Below are positions 19,241 through 30,100 of a DNA stretch of 64,000 bases, in pieces (within the stretch, counting starts at the first letter, position 1; every line of letters starts with the position of its first letter). Under the pieces are notes generated by a model. That model did not search any database, was not told where the DNA came from, and saw only the letters and a program-made list of their open reading frames with translations. Origin of the DNA: an uncultured bacterium (lineage in GTDB: Bacteria; Babelota; Babeliae; Babelales; Vermiphilaceae); assembly GCA_963727255.1 (NCBI GenBank), contig CAVSFC010000001.1, positions 1 to 64,000 of the forward strand, given 5' to 3'. The position numbers and the translations under genes are program-made.

Positions 19241-20797
19241 TTAGTATTTTTTTGCAGTGGAGTCTGTCCTAATGTCAAGATCAGGTAATTCCTTTTTAAG
19301 TTCATCGTAGCCATGAACGTGCTTTATACCATACACTTTCAAGATCTTGAGTTTTTGGGCTCCTGGATACCGGTGAGTTTTAATTGCCGATCCATTATAG
19401 TCCGTATATCCAGCAAGGGGAAGAATCCATAAAGATTTTGGCTGACCAACCGGCGAGGAAGAAAGGCCAGAAAGGTCAAGTTCCTCAAGGTTTTTTAGGC
19501 TAGCGATCTCCTCGATGTTTGAAACTTGTGTACCATGCAAAGACAATTTCTGTAAATTTGTGCATGCACTAATACCAGTTAAATCTTTTAACTCTGGATA
19601 TATCGATAAATCAAGTTTGACCTTATCGGCTGTGCACAAGTTTGGCAACTGCGTTAAACTTATTATGCTAGAATCTTTAATTTTGGTGGATTCCGAGGCA
19701 CTTTTCTTGATTTGTGCAGGAGTAATTTCTTGTAGTTTTACTTTAGGCTCAACCATTTTACCGCCGAATGTCTTTGCATAAGCAGTGGCAAATGCTTGCT
19801 GAATGAGCGGGTTGAAAAATTCTACTAGCTCTCTGTTATTTCTTACGCCGTCCATTACATCTTTCCCTTTATAAAGGTACTTACCATCTAAGTAAAATAC
19901 ATCAGTTGGATTCGCTTTTTCTTGGATGATTTTATTGATCTGTTGTGCAACATCAGGATTTAGCTTTGAAACATAGCCATTAATGAATGCGGTGATCATA
20001 TTGGATATTTTTGCCTTTTTAGTTTCATCTTTGAGTTCTTCTATAAAGCGCTCTCGCTTACCATCGAAGGTGATTGATAATGAGTAAACAAGATACAGTG
20101 GATCAAGAATAAGGCGTTTGTGTTCTGCGACATTACCCAAATCAATCAGAGTAAATATATGGTTAGCAGGATCATAAAAGATGTTTCCCATTTGAAAATC
20201 GCCATGTTGCAAACCATAATAAAATCCATCAGAGTCAAGGGTTGAGGGCTTGCTGTTTTGAAACTGTGCGAGTGCCTCGCCTAAATTGGAAAATACCGTT
20301 CGGCTGTCACGGTTGATTTTAGGATTGATATAGTCATAATACTGTTTGTTTACCAGAGTTGGCAGAGCCTTTGAAACTTCAACGAAACACATGCCTAGAT
20401 TATCAGTTGACCATATTTTATAGGTCTTTTGGGGTATGGCAAATTCAAATCCAGTATTCTTTAATCCTAATCCTCGAAGTATACTGTATGTTTTTTCTAG
20501 GTCATCTAACTCTTTGCTTAATTCATCTGCGGGCGCAACAAACTTAGAAACTTTGAATATCAGATCATGCCGTTGGTAAACCGTACTGTTTGCCCCTTGT
20601 TTGTGTGCGGGAAGTTTTTCTGCATACCTTAAGCTTTCTAATCCTGGTAAATCAGATATCTTTTCTCTCGGCGGGCATAGTTGACCAACAGACATTTGAA
20701 CTTTGTATTCTGGGAGATATGATGAGGGCATTTCCATGGCATTGATCATGGCGCTCAAGCCTAATACGATAGTTATGATTGGTAATTGAAGCTTCAT
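19241..20797 (-). CDS. Secreted kinase-like + leucine-rich-repeat protein
   Basis: HGDFQMGNI, LIDLG; LRRs LQKLSLHGTQV, LEELDLSG; signal ending INA-ME. Confidence 0.75.
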   Translation of the reverse strand: MKLQLPIITIVLGLSAMINAMEMPSSYLPEYKVQMSVGQLCPPREKISDLPGLESLRYAEKLPAHKQGANSTVYQRHDLIFKVSKFVAPADELSKELDDLEKTYSILRGLGLKNTGFEFAIPQKTYKIWSTDNLGMCFVEVSKALPTLVNKQYYDYINPKINRDSRTVFSNLGEALAQFQNSKPSTLDSDGFYYGLQHGDFQMGNIFYDPANHIFTLIDLGNVAEHKRLILDPLYLVYSLSITFDGKRERFIEELKDETKKAKISNMITAFINGYVSKLNPDVAQQINKIIQEKANPTDVFYLDGKYLYKGKDVMDGVRNNRELVEFFNPLIQQAFATAYAKTFGGKMVEPKVKLQEITPAQIKKSASESTKIKDSSIISLTQLPNLCTADKVKLDLSIYPELKDLTGISACTNLQKLSLHGTQVSNIEEIASLKNLEELDLSGLSSSPVGQPKSLWILPLAGYTDYNGSAIKTHRYPGAQKLKILKVYGIKHVHGYDELKKELPDLDIRTDSTAKKY

Positions 20798-20812
20798 ATA
20801 AAAATTTCCACT

Positions 20813-22150
20813 TTATTTATTTTTTACCATTTCTTCTAATTCATTATGTAAATAGGTCGGCAAAAGATTTTTTGCTCTTTCAAGAGTTATTTTGCCCTCT
20901 TTCACCCACTGTGCCATATTTTTTACTGATTTAAATTCTGATTGCGCTATATCTGATGTTTCGAGCAGTTCTTGTTTAGTTTCAAGATTTAACGCTTCCA
21001 TTCTTTTTATATGCCGTTCTTCTTCCGGCTTCATCGGCCTTTTTTCGATTCTAAATCCGAGCTCATTAAGCTTAGCCTTTTCAAGGTCTAAAAAAGATCG
21101 TGTTTTCATTTTTCTTATCTCACCAGATTCTGTTTTTGTGAGCCCCTTTGTTAATATTTTTTCAATCTCCGCAAACTCTTTTATCGCATTATCCATAAAA
21201 ACAGACTTTTTATCTTGGTTTAAGCGCTTGGCTTTCTCGCTTAATTCTTTTGTCCAATCAAGCATGGTTTTACCATTTTTGTCCGTGATGCTCATAATAC
21301 TGCCATGCCCTTTAATCACTTCTACACTCTCATCCATATGTGTTCCCTCCGGCAACCAATTAACATAGGTCTTGAGTAAATAGTATAGGTGACGACCGCC
21401 ATCATATTTTGCCAACGCGAAAGCCTCTTCGACTGCGATTACGTAGGCAGCGATATGGAGGGCCACATGTGCTTCTTGTGGGGTATATCTTTTACCATGG
21501 ATTGTACTTTTGTATGTACCTTCTCTTTCTTCTGCAATAAATGGGCCATAGTTTTTATAGCGCTTTGAAAGATTATTAAATCTAATCTGTGGCCCCTTAA
21601 GATTTTCAAGCACGTTATATATTCCATATTCTACTATTGTCAGTTCCTGGATAGCCTCTTTCAGTTCATAGGTAGCCGTTTGCCGCTCATAGATAGCCAT
21701 TATCCGTTCATAGGTACCCGTTTTCAGTTCATCGGTATCATACGGAGGCGTTCCTTCTGCCAACATCATCCCTATCGCATCCAGATCATACCGAAAGCTA
21801 AGCTCAAGCTCTCCCTCAATAATGCGCGGTGGCATCCCTTCATTATTAAGTTTATTTTTAAAATCAGGATCAGCAGCAATAGCATTCTCAACAAAGGTTT
21901 TTATCGCCTGGAGTTGCCCAGTAAGATCTTTTATCTCTTTAACTAATGCGTTCAGAGCATTGGTATCTTTTTCAGGGTTAGCCTTGATACTTTTGTCTCT
22001 AATGTCTCTTACACTTTTGGTCAAATGGCGCACCATATCAGTCAATATATTGGCATCTTTATTTCCAGTTGCCTGCGGAGGTTGCTCCATGGCATTGAGC
22101 AGGGTGCTCATGCTCAGGATGGCGAGAACAATGTTTTTTGACAGATTCAT
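20813..22150 (-). CDS. Secreted hypothetical protein with SOCS-box-like tail
   Basis: Signal ending LNA-ME; ankyrin-like DKNGKTMLD; C-terminus similar to that of 22165-23157. Confidence 0.75.
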   Translation of the reverse strand: MNLSKNIVLAILSMSTLLNAMEQPPQATGNKDANILTDMVRHLTKSVRDIRDKSIKANPEKDTNALNALVKEIKDLTGQLQAIKTFVENAIAADPDFKNKLNNEGMPPRIIEGELELSFRYDLDAIGMMLAEGTPPYDTDELKTGTYERIMAIYERQTATYELKEAIQELTIVEYGIYNVLENLKGPQIRFNNLSKRYKNYGPFIAEEREGTYKSTIHGKRYTPQEAHVALHIAAYVIAVEEAFALAKYDGGRHLYYLLKTYVNWLPEGTHMDESVEVIKGHGSIMSITDKNGKTMLDWTKELSEKAKRLNQDKKSVFMDNAIKEFAEIEKILTKGLTKTESGEIRKMKTRSFLDLEKAKLNELGFRIEKRPMKPEEERHIKRMEALNLETKQELLETSDIAQSEFKSVKNMAQWVKEGKITLERAKNLLPTYLHNELEEMVKNK

Positions 22151-22164
22151 AGGACTTCCTTTAT

Positions 22165-23157
22165 TTATTGCAAACTTTTTAACATTTCTTCTAATTGTTT
22201 CTGTAAATCAGCGGGAAGTTTTTTCTTCGCTTGTTCAAGCGTGATTTGACCGCTTTTAATTTGCTGTGCAACTGCTTTCAATGATTGCTGGCGCAACGAG
22301 GGAGCTTGCACATACTTTGCTAGTAATTCGATTATTGGTTGATATTTTTCAGATTCAGTAGGGTGCGCTTTTATTATTTCTTCTAAACTTTCTATTAATG
22401 TTTTGTCTGAAAGAAGACCTATTTTTGGATTAGGGTTAGCGCCCGCCTCAAGCAGCATTTTAATAATTGGATAATTTTTTGCCTCTACTGCTTTTTCTAA
22501 AATAGTATAATACCTTCCGTGTGAACTATATGCATACGTATTAAGATCTGCCCCGGCTTCTAGCAGCTTTTTGAATAGCACCGGATCATTATTTTCTAAA
22601 GCTGCATTAAGAGGGCTCGAAGAACCATACCGTTTTGAAATCATATAACTAGGATTAGGAGTAAAGCCTATATCAAGAAACAACATAAGCATCTCTCGAG
22701 ATCCGGGATTTCGAAGATCCTGTATGAATGACTTAAAAATTTGTTCGAGATCAATAGATAGTTTTGGATGTGATTTAAACCACTGTTGTGCTTGCGCGGT
22801 AGAAAACCATCGTTTTGCACCCGGAGTTTTTAACGCAAGTGCTACTCTAATACGATCTCCATTAGTCCATTTAGTAGCAAGATCGGTAATAAGGTTATTA
22901 GTAATACTTGCATCATTAATCAGCTGATTGAATTGTTTGTCAACAAGTGTTAATGCTCTGATTGTTTGAATTGCAGTTCCTAATGAATCAGAATTTGTTA
23001 TGTCATTAGTAATTTGAGCTTGTAACTCTGTAGGCAATCCCGATAAAGATAATAGTGATGGTTCAATAGTGCGTGGTTTCTCCATAGAAAAAATAGATGC
23101 ATTTTTGGTAAGAGATAGTATAACGAGAAGCATTATGGTGTATTTGACGGCATTCAT
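22165..23157 (-). CDS. Secreted F-box-like/ankyrin/SOCS-box-like protein
   Basis: LSGLPTELQAQI..LTLVDKQFNQL; LLEAGADLN, LLEAGANPN; PSLRQQSLKAV...LPADLQKQL. Confidence 0.75.
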   Translation of the reverse strand: MNAVKYTIMLLVILSLTKNASIFSMEKPRTIEPSLLSLSGLPTELQAQITNDITNSDSLGTAIQTIRALTLVDKQFNQLINDASITNNLITDLATKWTNGDRIRVALALKTPGAKRWFSTAQAQQWFKSHPKLSIDLEQIFKSFIQDLRNPGSREMLMLFLDIGFTPNPSYMISKRYGSSSPLNAALENNDPVLFKKLLEAGADLNTYAYSSHGRYYTILEKAVEAKNYPIIKMLLEAGANPNPKIGLLSDKTLIESLEEIIKAHPTESEKYQPIIELLAKYVQAPSLRQQSLKAVAQQIKSGQITLEQAKKKLPADLQKQLEEMLKSLQ

Positions 23158-23381
23158 TTTTATCCCCAAAGAACATTGTTCTGTATAAAATTTACCATTA
23201 ATTATTTCTATTTGAATTATATCATATGACTGATCCTGCTTACAAGAAAAAAGCAAAAAAACCAGCAGGCATGCTTAAAAGGCTTATAATAAAGGCATTT
23301 TTAACCTTGATATCCCCTAAAAACCTGCTATTCTTTGCATATGCTTTTCGATCGTTTTACCCCCCAATTTGAGCAGTTCTC

Positions 23382-23846
23382 ATGAGTACTATTGCCATCC
23401 GCCCCTTTAAATCTTTAGATTTGCCTGCAGTAATACAGCTCTTTAAAGAAGCAGTTGCTGCCATCAATATCCAGCATTATTCGCCTGAACAAATAGCCGT
23501 TTGGACGGACATCGACAGCGAACGCTGGCTAAAAAAGTTAGAACAGAACATTGCATTTGTTGCCGAGATCGATTCGATTATTGTTGGCTTTGCTGATATA
23601 ACGCACGAAGGGTATCTTGATCGCCTGTATGTGCACAAAGATTACCAAGCCCGTTGGGTTGCCCTTTCCCTTTTTAAAGCGATAGAAAAAGCGGCACGCG
23701 AGCTTGGCCTTACTAAAATTACTACCGATTGCAGTATTACCGCCAAAGTGCCGGCAGAGAGAATGGGCTTTGTGACAATCAAAGAACAAACCGTGATGCG
23801 CCATGGGGTGCCGCTTGTTAATTATGTTATGGAAAAGAAGTTATAG
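23382..23846 (+). CDS. GNAT acetyltransferase, YafP-like (copy A1)
   Basis: YSPEQIAVW, IVGFAD, YLDRLYVHKDYQ, SITAK. Confidence 0.9.
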   Translation: MSTIAIRPFKSLDLPAVIQLFKEAVAAINIQHYSPEQIAVWTDIDSERWLKKLEQNIAFVAEIDSIIVGFADITHEGYLDRLYVHKDYQARWVALSLFKAIEKAARELGLTKITTDCSITAKVPAERMGFVTIKEQTVMRHGVPLVNYVMEKKL

Positions 23847-24159
23847 TTTTTTACTTTCCCTCATTGCGCTACAGCATTTGCTCTGCTTTGCATGCCAAAC
23901 ACCATTACCCTCATATCTTCAATTGTTGCCAAAAGATCTATGGCACGAGACCATGAATTGCACTCTCTCAACCGCACCATTATGGCAGGATAAAGAGGAA
24001 GATAATAGAGTTGAGCAGGCTCTCCGCTTTAATGCCCTTGCAAAAGAACTGTGCAACTTAAATTTGCAGCATATGATCATTTCCCGCATGCAAGCCGATC
24101 TTTCGCATGCAAAAAAAGAGATTCTGGAGCCTTACTATCCGGATTATAATTTTAAATTA

Positions 24160-25154
24160 ACGTGAACTCGATCTAACAAATTTTAGCAATTGCTTTTCCA
24201 GTTGTCGCTATTTGAGGCTTTTTGTCGCGAAAAGAATAAGCTACAAGAGTAGAAACAACGTGCGTCATGAAGCCAAAAACACTTCTGTGACGAGAATGCT
24301 CTAATAACAAATCTTCTTTTAAAATTGCCCCAACTGACTCAATAGCTCCGCGTTTTTTTAGCCCTATTTTATCTTCAAGCGACATCAGCTTATTCTTCAT
24401 ATTCTTTCTTAACTTTGTAACGAGATGAACTCCTTTCAGATAAAGCTTTTCGAAGATTTCAGGCCTAACTATATAGCCCCTGTCCCCATATAATTTTCCA
24501 AATAGTTTTCGAGTAAGTTTATCAAGCACTTTTTCATTGTTATCAGAGATATTTCCCGGCGTAATGTAAAATGAAATTATTTCACCAACATGATTAATAA
24601 TAATGTGCAATTTAAAGCCATAAAACCAACCTACGCTTGTTTTTCCTCTCTGTGCAATTCCCTTAAAAACTTTATGCGAATGTATCCTGCGTTGATGACT
24701 TACTTCAAGGCAAAAACTATCGATAAAAGATACTCCAGAGCATTTCACCAATTGCGCTTGTAGTTGAGCAAATATAGCCAATGGCATAGCAATATTTTTT
24801 CGAAGTTCTAAGAACCGATTATAGCTTACCAAGTTTGGAAATTCTGATTTTAAATACACTAACACATATTTTTCGTAATAATCTTTGAAGGTTTTATATC
24901 CGGAAAAGTGAAAGTAGATCGTAATTGTCATGATTTCGCTAGGATTCATAATGAATGGACGATTTCGTAATTTCTTACCATCAGTTAGAAAGGTTTTTTG
25001 AAATTGTTGTAGAAATAACTTGCAAAAATCATCAGTTTCACAGAAAATTTTAACTAGTAGCATTGCTACGTATCCTTTTTTTTGGGTTTTTGAGGTCCAA
25101 TTAAAAGGATATTTTTTTTGTTAGAATTTTACGAATCTTAGATCGAGTTCACGT
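24160..25154 (-). mobile_element. IS982-family insertion sequence, copy 2 (995 bp)
   Basis: Same 17-bp IRs as copy 1; 7-bp TSD TAAATTA (24153-24159 / 25155-25161). Confidence 0.95.
24173..25063 (-). CDS. IS982-family DDE transposase
   Basis: Translation identical to 4732-5622. Confidence 0.95.
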   Translation of the reverse strand: MLLVKIFCETDDFCKLFLQQFQKTFLTDGKKLRNRPFIMNPSEIMTITIYFHFSGYKTFKDYYEKYVLVYLKSEFPNLVSYNRFLELRKNIAMPLAIFAQLQAQLVKCSGVSFIDSFCLEVSHQRRIHSHKVFKGIAQRGKTSVGWFYGFKLHIIINHVGEIISFYITPGNISDNNEKVLDKLTRKLFGKLYGDRGYIVRPEIFEKLYLKGVHLVTKLRKNMKNKLMSLEDKIGLKKRGAIESVGAILKEDLLLEHSRHRSVFGFMTHVVSTLVAYSFRDKKPQIATTGKAIAKIC

Positions 25155-25631
25155 TAAATTAAATCGCTTTGATGATTTTTTTAATTATGGCGCATCAAGA
25201 AAAAAACCGGAAAAAGATCCTCTTTCTCCCGACAACCCCAAAAATTTTATCAACATTTTACCACTAAAAAATATTCTCTCGTATTATGAAAGTGATAAAG
25301 AATGGGTAAAGATTTTTTTGATGACAAAGAACTGCGGCGGCACCTTACGCAAGCATATTTTTCTGTGCGCGATGACGCATCGCAATGAAGAACTTGTTAA
25401 TCTTCTCTGGAACAACAACTATCGAAAAAAATTACTGTTATCTAAAATGTGGAAACGTCCCTTTATTCGCATGGCAAGCTGTGTTGCGTATAAGGCCGGC
25501 TATGCAGGAATTCACGCGGAGTTTAAACAAATGGAAGACAAAATAAAGGCGAAGATTAAGGCATCGCAAGTATGGTATCCGGGGTAGCACACTTGTCACT
25601 TGTCTGTGCCAAGCGATGATCCCTTATATTG

Positions 25632-25738
25632 TAATTTTGACCATAGAATGCTAGTTTTATGTTATAATTTCGACCATGAACTTGCAAAAACAGGTTTGAT
25701 TTTAACCATGGATAGCTATGAAACGTCTATATGACCAT
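25632..25738 (+). repeat. Phased direct repeats (TAATTTYGACCAT-like) upstream of ATPase gene
   Basis: TAATTTTGACCAT 25632, TAATTTCGACCAT 25665, TGATTTTAACCAT 25697, partial TATGACCAT ending 25738. Confidence 0.6.
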
Positions 25739-27073
25739 TATCTTTCATTATGGAAACATGATTCAATTCGCAAGCCACTTTTATTACGGGGTGCCCGTCA
25801 AGTGGGAAAGACCTATGCAGTTCGAAAATTGGGGCAAACATTTGAGAGGTTTATAGAAATAAATCTGGAAGAAACTCCGCGGGCAAGAGAAATATTTGAA
25901 AAAGATTTAATAGTCGAAAGAATTATGCGCGATATTTCACTTCTTACCGGCCAAGATATCATTGCCGGAAAAACACTATTATTCATTGATGAAATTCAAC
26001 TGGTCCCGCAGGCAGTTCTCGCACTCCGCTATTTTTATGAAAAAGTACCACAGTTACATGTAATAGCGGCAGGCTCTCTCTTGGATTTTGCTATTGCTCA
26101 AGTAGGAATACCGGTAGGGCGCGTTCAGCTCATGTATATGTATCCATTATCGTTTATTGAATTTTTAGCTGCAATGAAGGAACATCAAATTATTAAAGAG
26201 ATCATGGTCCATGAGCTAGGCCGGGAATTAACCACTGTTATTCATGAAAAGATATTAGAATATGTGGCGCATTATCAGGTGATTGGAGGAATGCCTGCAA
26301 CCGTAGAAAATTGGCAAAAAAATAAAAATCCTCACACGTGCCAACGGATCAGCTCTTCAATTTTGGAGACATATCGACATGATTTTGTAAAGTATGCAAA
26401 ACGACATCAAATTAAATATCTAGAGCTTCTCTTTAAAGAAGTTCCGCGACAGTTAAGTCAAAAATTTAAATATAGTGATGTTGAAGGAGAGTATCGCAAG
26501 CGGGAACTTGCACCGGCACTGGATCTTTTGGAAACGGCGGGGCTTACTCATAAAGTGCATTATTCCGCGTGCCAAGGCTTTCCCTTTGGTGCCCAGACGA
26601 ATCCGCAAGATTTCAAAGTTATATTTCTAGATATTGGGCTTGCAGAAACTATGCTATCGCTTAATCTTCAAGATTGGTTCCTTGATCCACTTGGAACACT
26701 TGTTAATAAAGGAGCCATTGTAGAAGCATTTGTTGGGCAAGAAATGCTCGTATATGCTGATCCATTTATTACTACTGAGCTTTTTTATTGGCACCGCGAA
26801 TCTCCTTCTAGCCAGGCAGAGATCGATTATGTAATTCAACAAAAAGATGCTATTATTCCAATTGAGGTAAAAGGTGGTAGCGGAAAAACGCTCAAAAGTA
26901 TGCATCTTTTTCTTGAGAGCCATAAACAATCTCCGTATGGCATTCGTTTTTCTACAAATAATTATTCATTGTTCGAAAAACTCCATTCTTATCCTTTGTA
27001 TGCGATCGCAAAAGTTATCGGCACTAATAACTTTGAACTTTTGCGAGCAATTAATTCGTTAGTAGACAAGTAA
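25718..27073 (+). CDS. AAA_14 ATPase with DUF4143/PD-(D/E)XK-like C-terminus
   Basis: GARQVGKT, LFIDEIQ, AAGS, GGMP, EIDYV..IPIEVK. Confidence 0.9.
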   Translation: MKRLYDHYLSLWKHDSIRKPLLLRGARQVGKTYAVRKLGQTFERFIEINLEETPRAREIFEKDLIVERIMRDISLLTGQDIIAGKTLLFIDEIQLVPQAVLALRYFYEKVPQLHVIAAGSLLDFAIAQVGIPVGRVQLMYMYPLSFIEFLAAMKEHQIIKEIMVHELGRELTTVIHEKILEYVAHYQVIGGMPATVENWQKNKNPHTCQRISSSILETYRHDFVKYAKRHQIKYLELLFKEVPRQLSQKFKYSDVEGEYRKRELAPALDLLETAGLTHKVHYSACQGFPFGAQTNPQDFKVIFLDIGLAETMLSLNLQDWFLDPLGTLVNKGAIVEAFVGQEMLVYADPFITTELFYWHRESPSSQAEIDYVIQQKDAIIPIEVKGGSGKTLKSMHLFLESHKQSPYGIRFSTNNYSLFEKLHSYPLYAIAKVIGTNNFELLRAINSLVDK

Positions 27074-27164
27074 ATTATTCGCGGTTGCATATTAGCTATT
27101 CTTCTTTTTTGAATTTGCAGCTATACTACGTGCTAATGTTTTTGCATCGCAACAAGGTGAATCA

Positions 27165-30100
27165 ATGTTGAAAAAATCTGTTTTTGCATCTTTGTCTTAT
27201 CTCTCTTTTTTAATATTTCATAACGCCTTTACGATGGAGCAAGATCGGCATAGCTATCACTTGAGTATAAAAAAAATTCAAAACTCTCCGGATCAACTTA
27301 CCATAAAAATAAGTAAGAATGCTCAGAAATGCTCATTGGTTGCAAACTTTGCAGCGCATACCTGCGATAACGAACAGAATTTATTTGCGCCTTTCAAAAC
27401 CGCAGCCGGATTAAAAACTGCCACATTTGGGGATGCAGCAAATCCAGACTCTTTTTTGTGGAACATTCCTGAGTTTGGATTACTCAAATTGCAGCGGGAT
27501 GGATCGATGTTTTTTGGCCATGGGCCCAATGATGTGCCATTGGCGCATGATGAACTCACCTTTAACACGCCCGGCACATTATTTATAGAATCATTAAAAG
27601 TTGCTGCCTTAAAAATCAAATCAGAAAAAGCGCAACTCTGCCAAGCGGTAGTCGCCGATCGCGTGCATGCTGATCATGCGGTTCAAAACAGTGGCTGCTT
27701 AAAAACAAAACAGTTGGAAGGCCCAGGGGAATTTTTGAATGAAGCATTATTGGAATTTGAAGGTACACAACAAAAGCCGGCAATCTTAGGTATTAAAAAA
27801 TTTCAAAATAAAAACAAACTCCCCCTGCTTGCGGCAAAGACACAATCTTCTTTTTTGCGTATAACGGGTGATAATCAATGCTTTAGTAATGGCGAGGGCG
27901 CTCTTTTTGAGGTGTCCGATGCACTCTGGGTTGAAGGATTGCAGCCGGGCATCGCATCATTATTTTGCAATAAAGGATCGCTCACCGCCGGCCAGTTTAA
28001 TCTATGCCGCCAAGCAGCCAATGAAGGATTTTTGCAAGCGCGTACCATGAAGGTAAACGGAAAACCGCTTGATAATAAAGAATTTGGCCAGGTTAAAATT
28101 TTGGAAGGTATTTCTGTTGATAAGACTGCAATCAGAAATGCGGGGGAGCTTACCACACAAGGTAATGTTAATCTTACCTCTGCACAGGTGGAAAATAAGG
28201 GCACCATGATCTGCAGGCAAGGAAATCTTTCTTACACCGATGCAAAATTGGACAATGCAGGCAACGTGTTAATGGATGGTGTTAAATCTTCAGATATTCT
28301 CGATGTTACCAATTCAGGAATGCTGGCCCTCAAAGATAGTGCTTTGAATTTCGGAGAGTTAAAAAATGAGAAAGACCTTGTCTTGCATAGCGGCGTTTAT
28401 ACGGTTAATTTCTTGACCCGCAATAAACGATTACAATTGCTTGATCAAGATTGGGCGATTACTGATGACCCAAAAAATCAAGCTCCCCATAGATTGCTCT
28501 GTGTGAATTTCCCCGCAAAAAAATCGTGGCCAGCCAGCTTTGCCCAAGAAATTGAATGTCAACGTAATTTACTGTATGACGTTGAAGTGAGCCCCGGCAC
28601 TGTGCGCAGTCAAGCAGATGTCTGTTTATCAAGTACATATCTTCGGGATATAAACCAACTCAGGGCATTGCAAACTCCCGGTAAAGTTACCGCGTGGTGT
28701 AAACCCGTCAATTTAATCCGAGAACCAGAAACTGCTGAATCAGAAGAGCGTGGCCTTTGGGGATTTTCTTCTTCTACTGTCAAAGAATTTGTATCTCATT
28801 ATCATTTTTCAAATATTGGTCATTTAGCTTTAAATGTCTTAGGACCATTCACTACGCATTATTCGCTCAGGGCTCCGACCCTTTCCATGCATGTGCATGG
28901 TCCACTTACTTTAGGTAAAGATAATGAACATTTAGGCACTCTCGCTGCTACGCATGGCCCTTTAACCGTTAGCGCTCACAGCATTGATGGTCAGTTCGGG
29001 AAGTTCTACGGCAACGGGAAAACCTTCCTTTCATCATACAAAGAAGATATTATCATCGGGGCGCCAACGCGCGGCATTGATGAAAATATTAAGCAGCAAT
29101 TTATAAGTGCATATCCCCGGCCTGGAGGTATTTGGAATAATATTGTTGATAATTTTCTTGCTTCTTTCGATTATACCCTCAATCAAACAAACGGCGCATA
29201 CGCAGCTTCTGATAATCATCTTACATTGCGATCAGCAAAAAACATATCGGTGAAATATGGAACCGTGATCAGTGCTCTGGGCAATCATTTGATTGCTCGA
29301 AATGAAGTTCAAAATCTTTCGGGTAAAATTTCTTCGCAAGGAGGAACCACACTTGAAGCTGATAACTATAACCATACGCGTGAGGGTGCAGCAACCAAAT
29401 CATGGACAAGCCAACATGATTATTATCAATATCCCGGATCGGGGCCTGCAGTTCTTGAATCATTAAAAAGAATTAATTTCTTGGTCAAAAAAGTGAACAA
29501 TCGCGCCGGTTCTATTCGCTGTGGTGAAGATATTGGCGTAAATGGATCTAAAACATTGGCTCAAGCCACGGAATATGTTGAAGAGCCGCAGCATTTTTAT
29601 CACTATTATTTCAATCATCATGGACGGGGATGTGATTGGGGAGCGAAACAGCATCCAATATTTTCGCAATCATGCACCACCCAAGCAGGCGATACGATTA
29701 CCATGAATCTTGGCAACTTTGTAATTACCGGCACTATGAATGCTGCCGGAAAACTTTCTATTCAAGCAGATACCGGATTATTTACTAATAATAACAGTTC
29801 CCGTCAAACACAGATTCCTACGCAACCGGTGGTTGTTGATGTCACGCAGTATATGCAAGAGCACGCGCGAAAACCGGGCATGTATCGCCTTGGCAATAAC
29901 AACGCCGTCGAAACAGAGTTCCCACTTGGCGCTGCATCTGCTCCGCAAGACGGGGATCGGGTATTGCTTGAAAATCCCGGCCGCGCTGCGCCATTAGCAT
30001 GGAGAGATATTTTTAATCCATTGAACTCAGTCAATCTTGATTTGCATTTGCAGCAATTATTGGCAAATCTTGCGGGTAAAGTATACGCAGGAAAAGCAAA

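Larger units (their letters stand above)
23824..25587 (+). pseudogene. Secreted hypothetical protein with F-box-like motif, disrupted by IS982
   Basis: 23824-24159 (signal, YLQLLPKDLW) joins in frame to 25162-25587 after removing IS and TSD, giving ~253 aa. Confidence 0.8.

Noticed and set aside
4641..25154. Composite transposon or inversion bounded by the two inverted IS982 copies
   Set aside because: Each copy has its own intact TSD and its own reconstructable target gene, so they are independent insertions.
25632..25738. Mini CRISPR array
   Set aside because: Units of 13 bp with ~20-bp spacers are too short and degenerate; no cas genes recognised.
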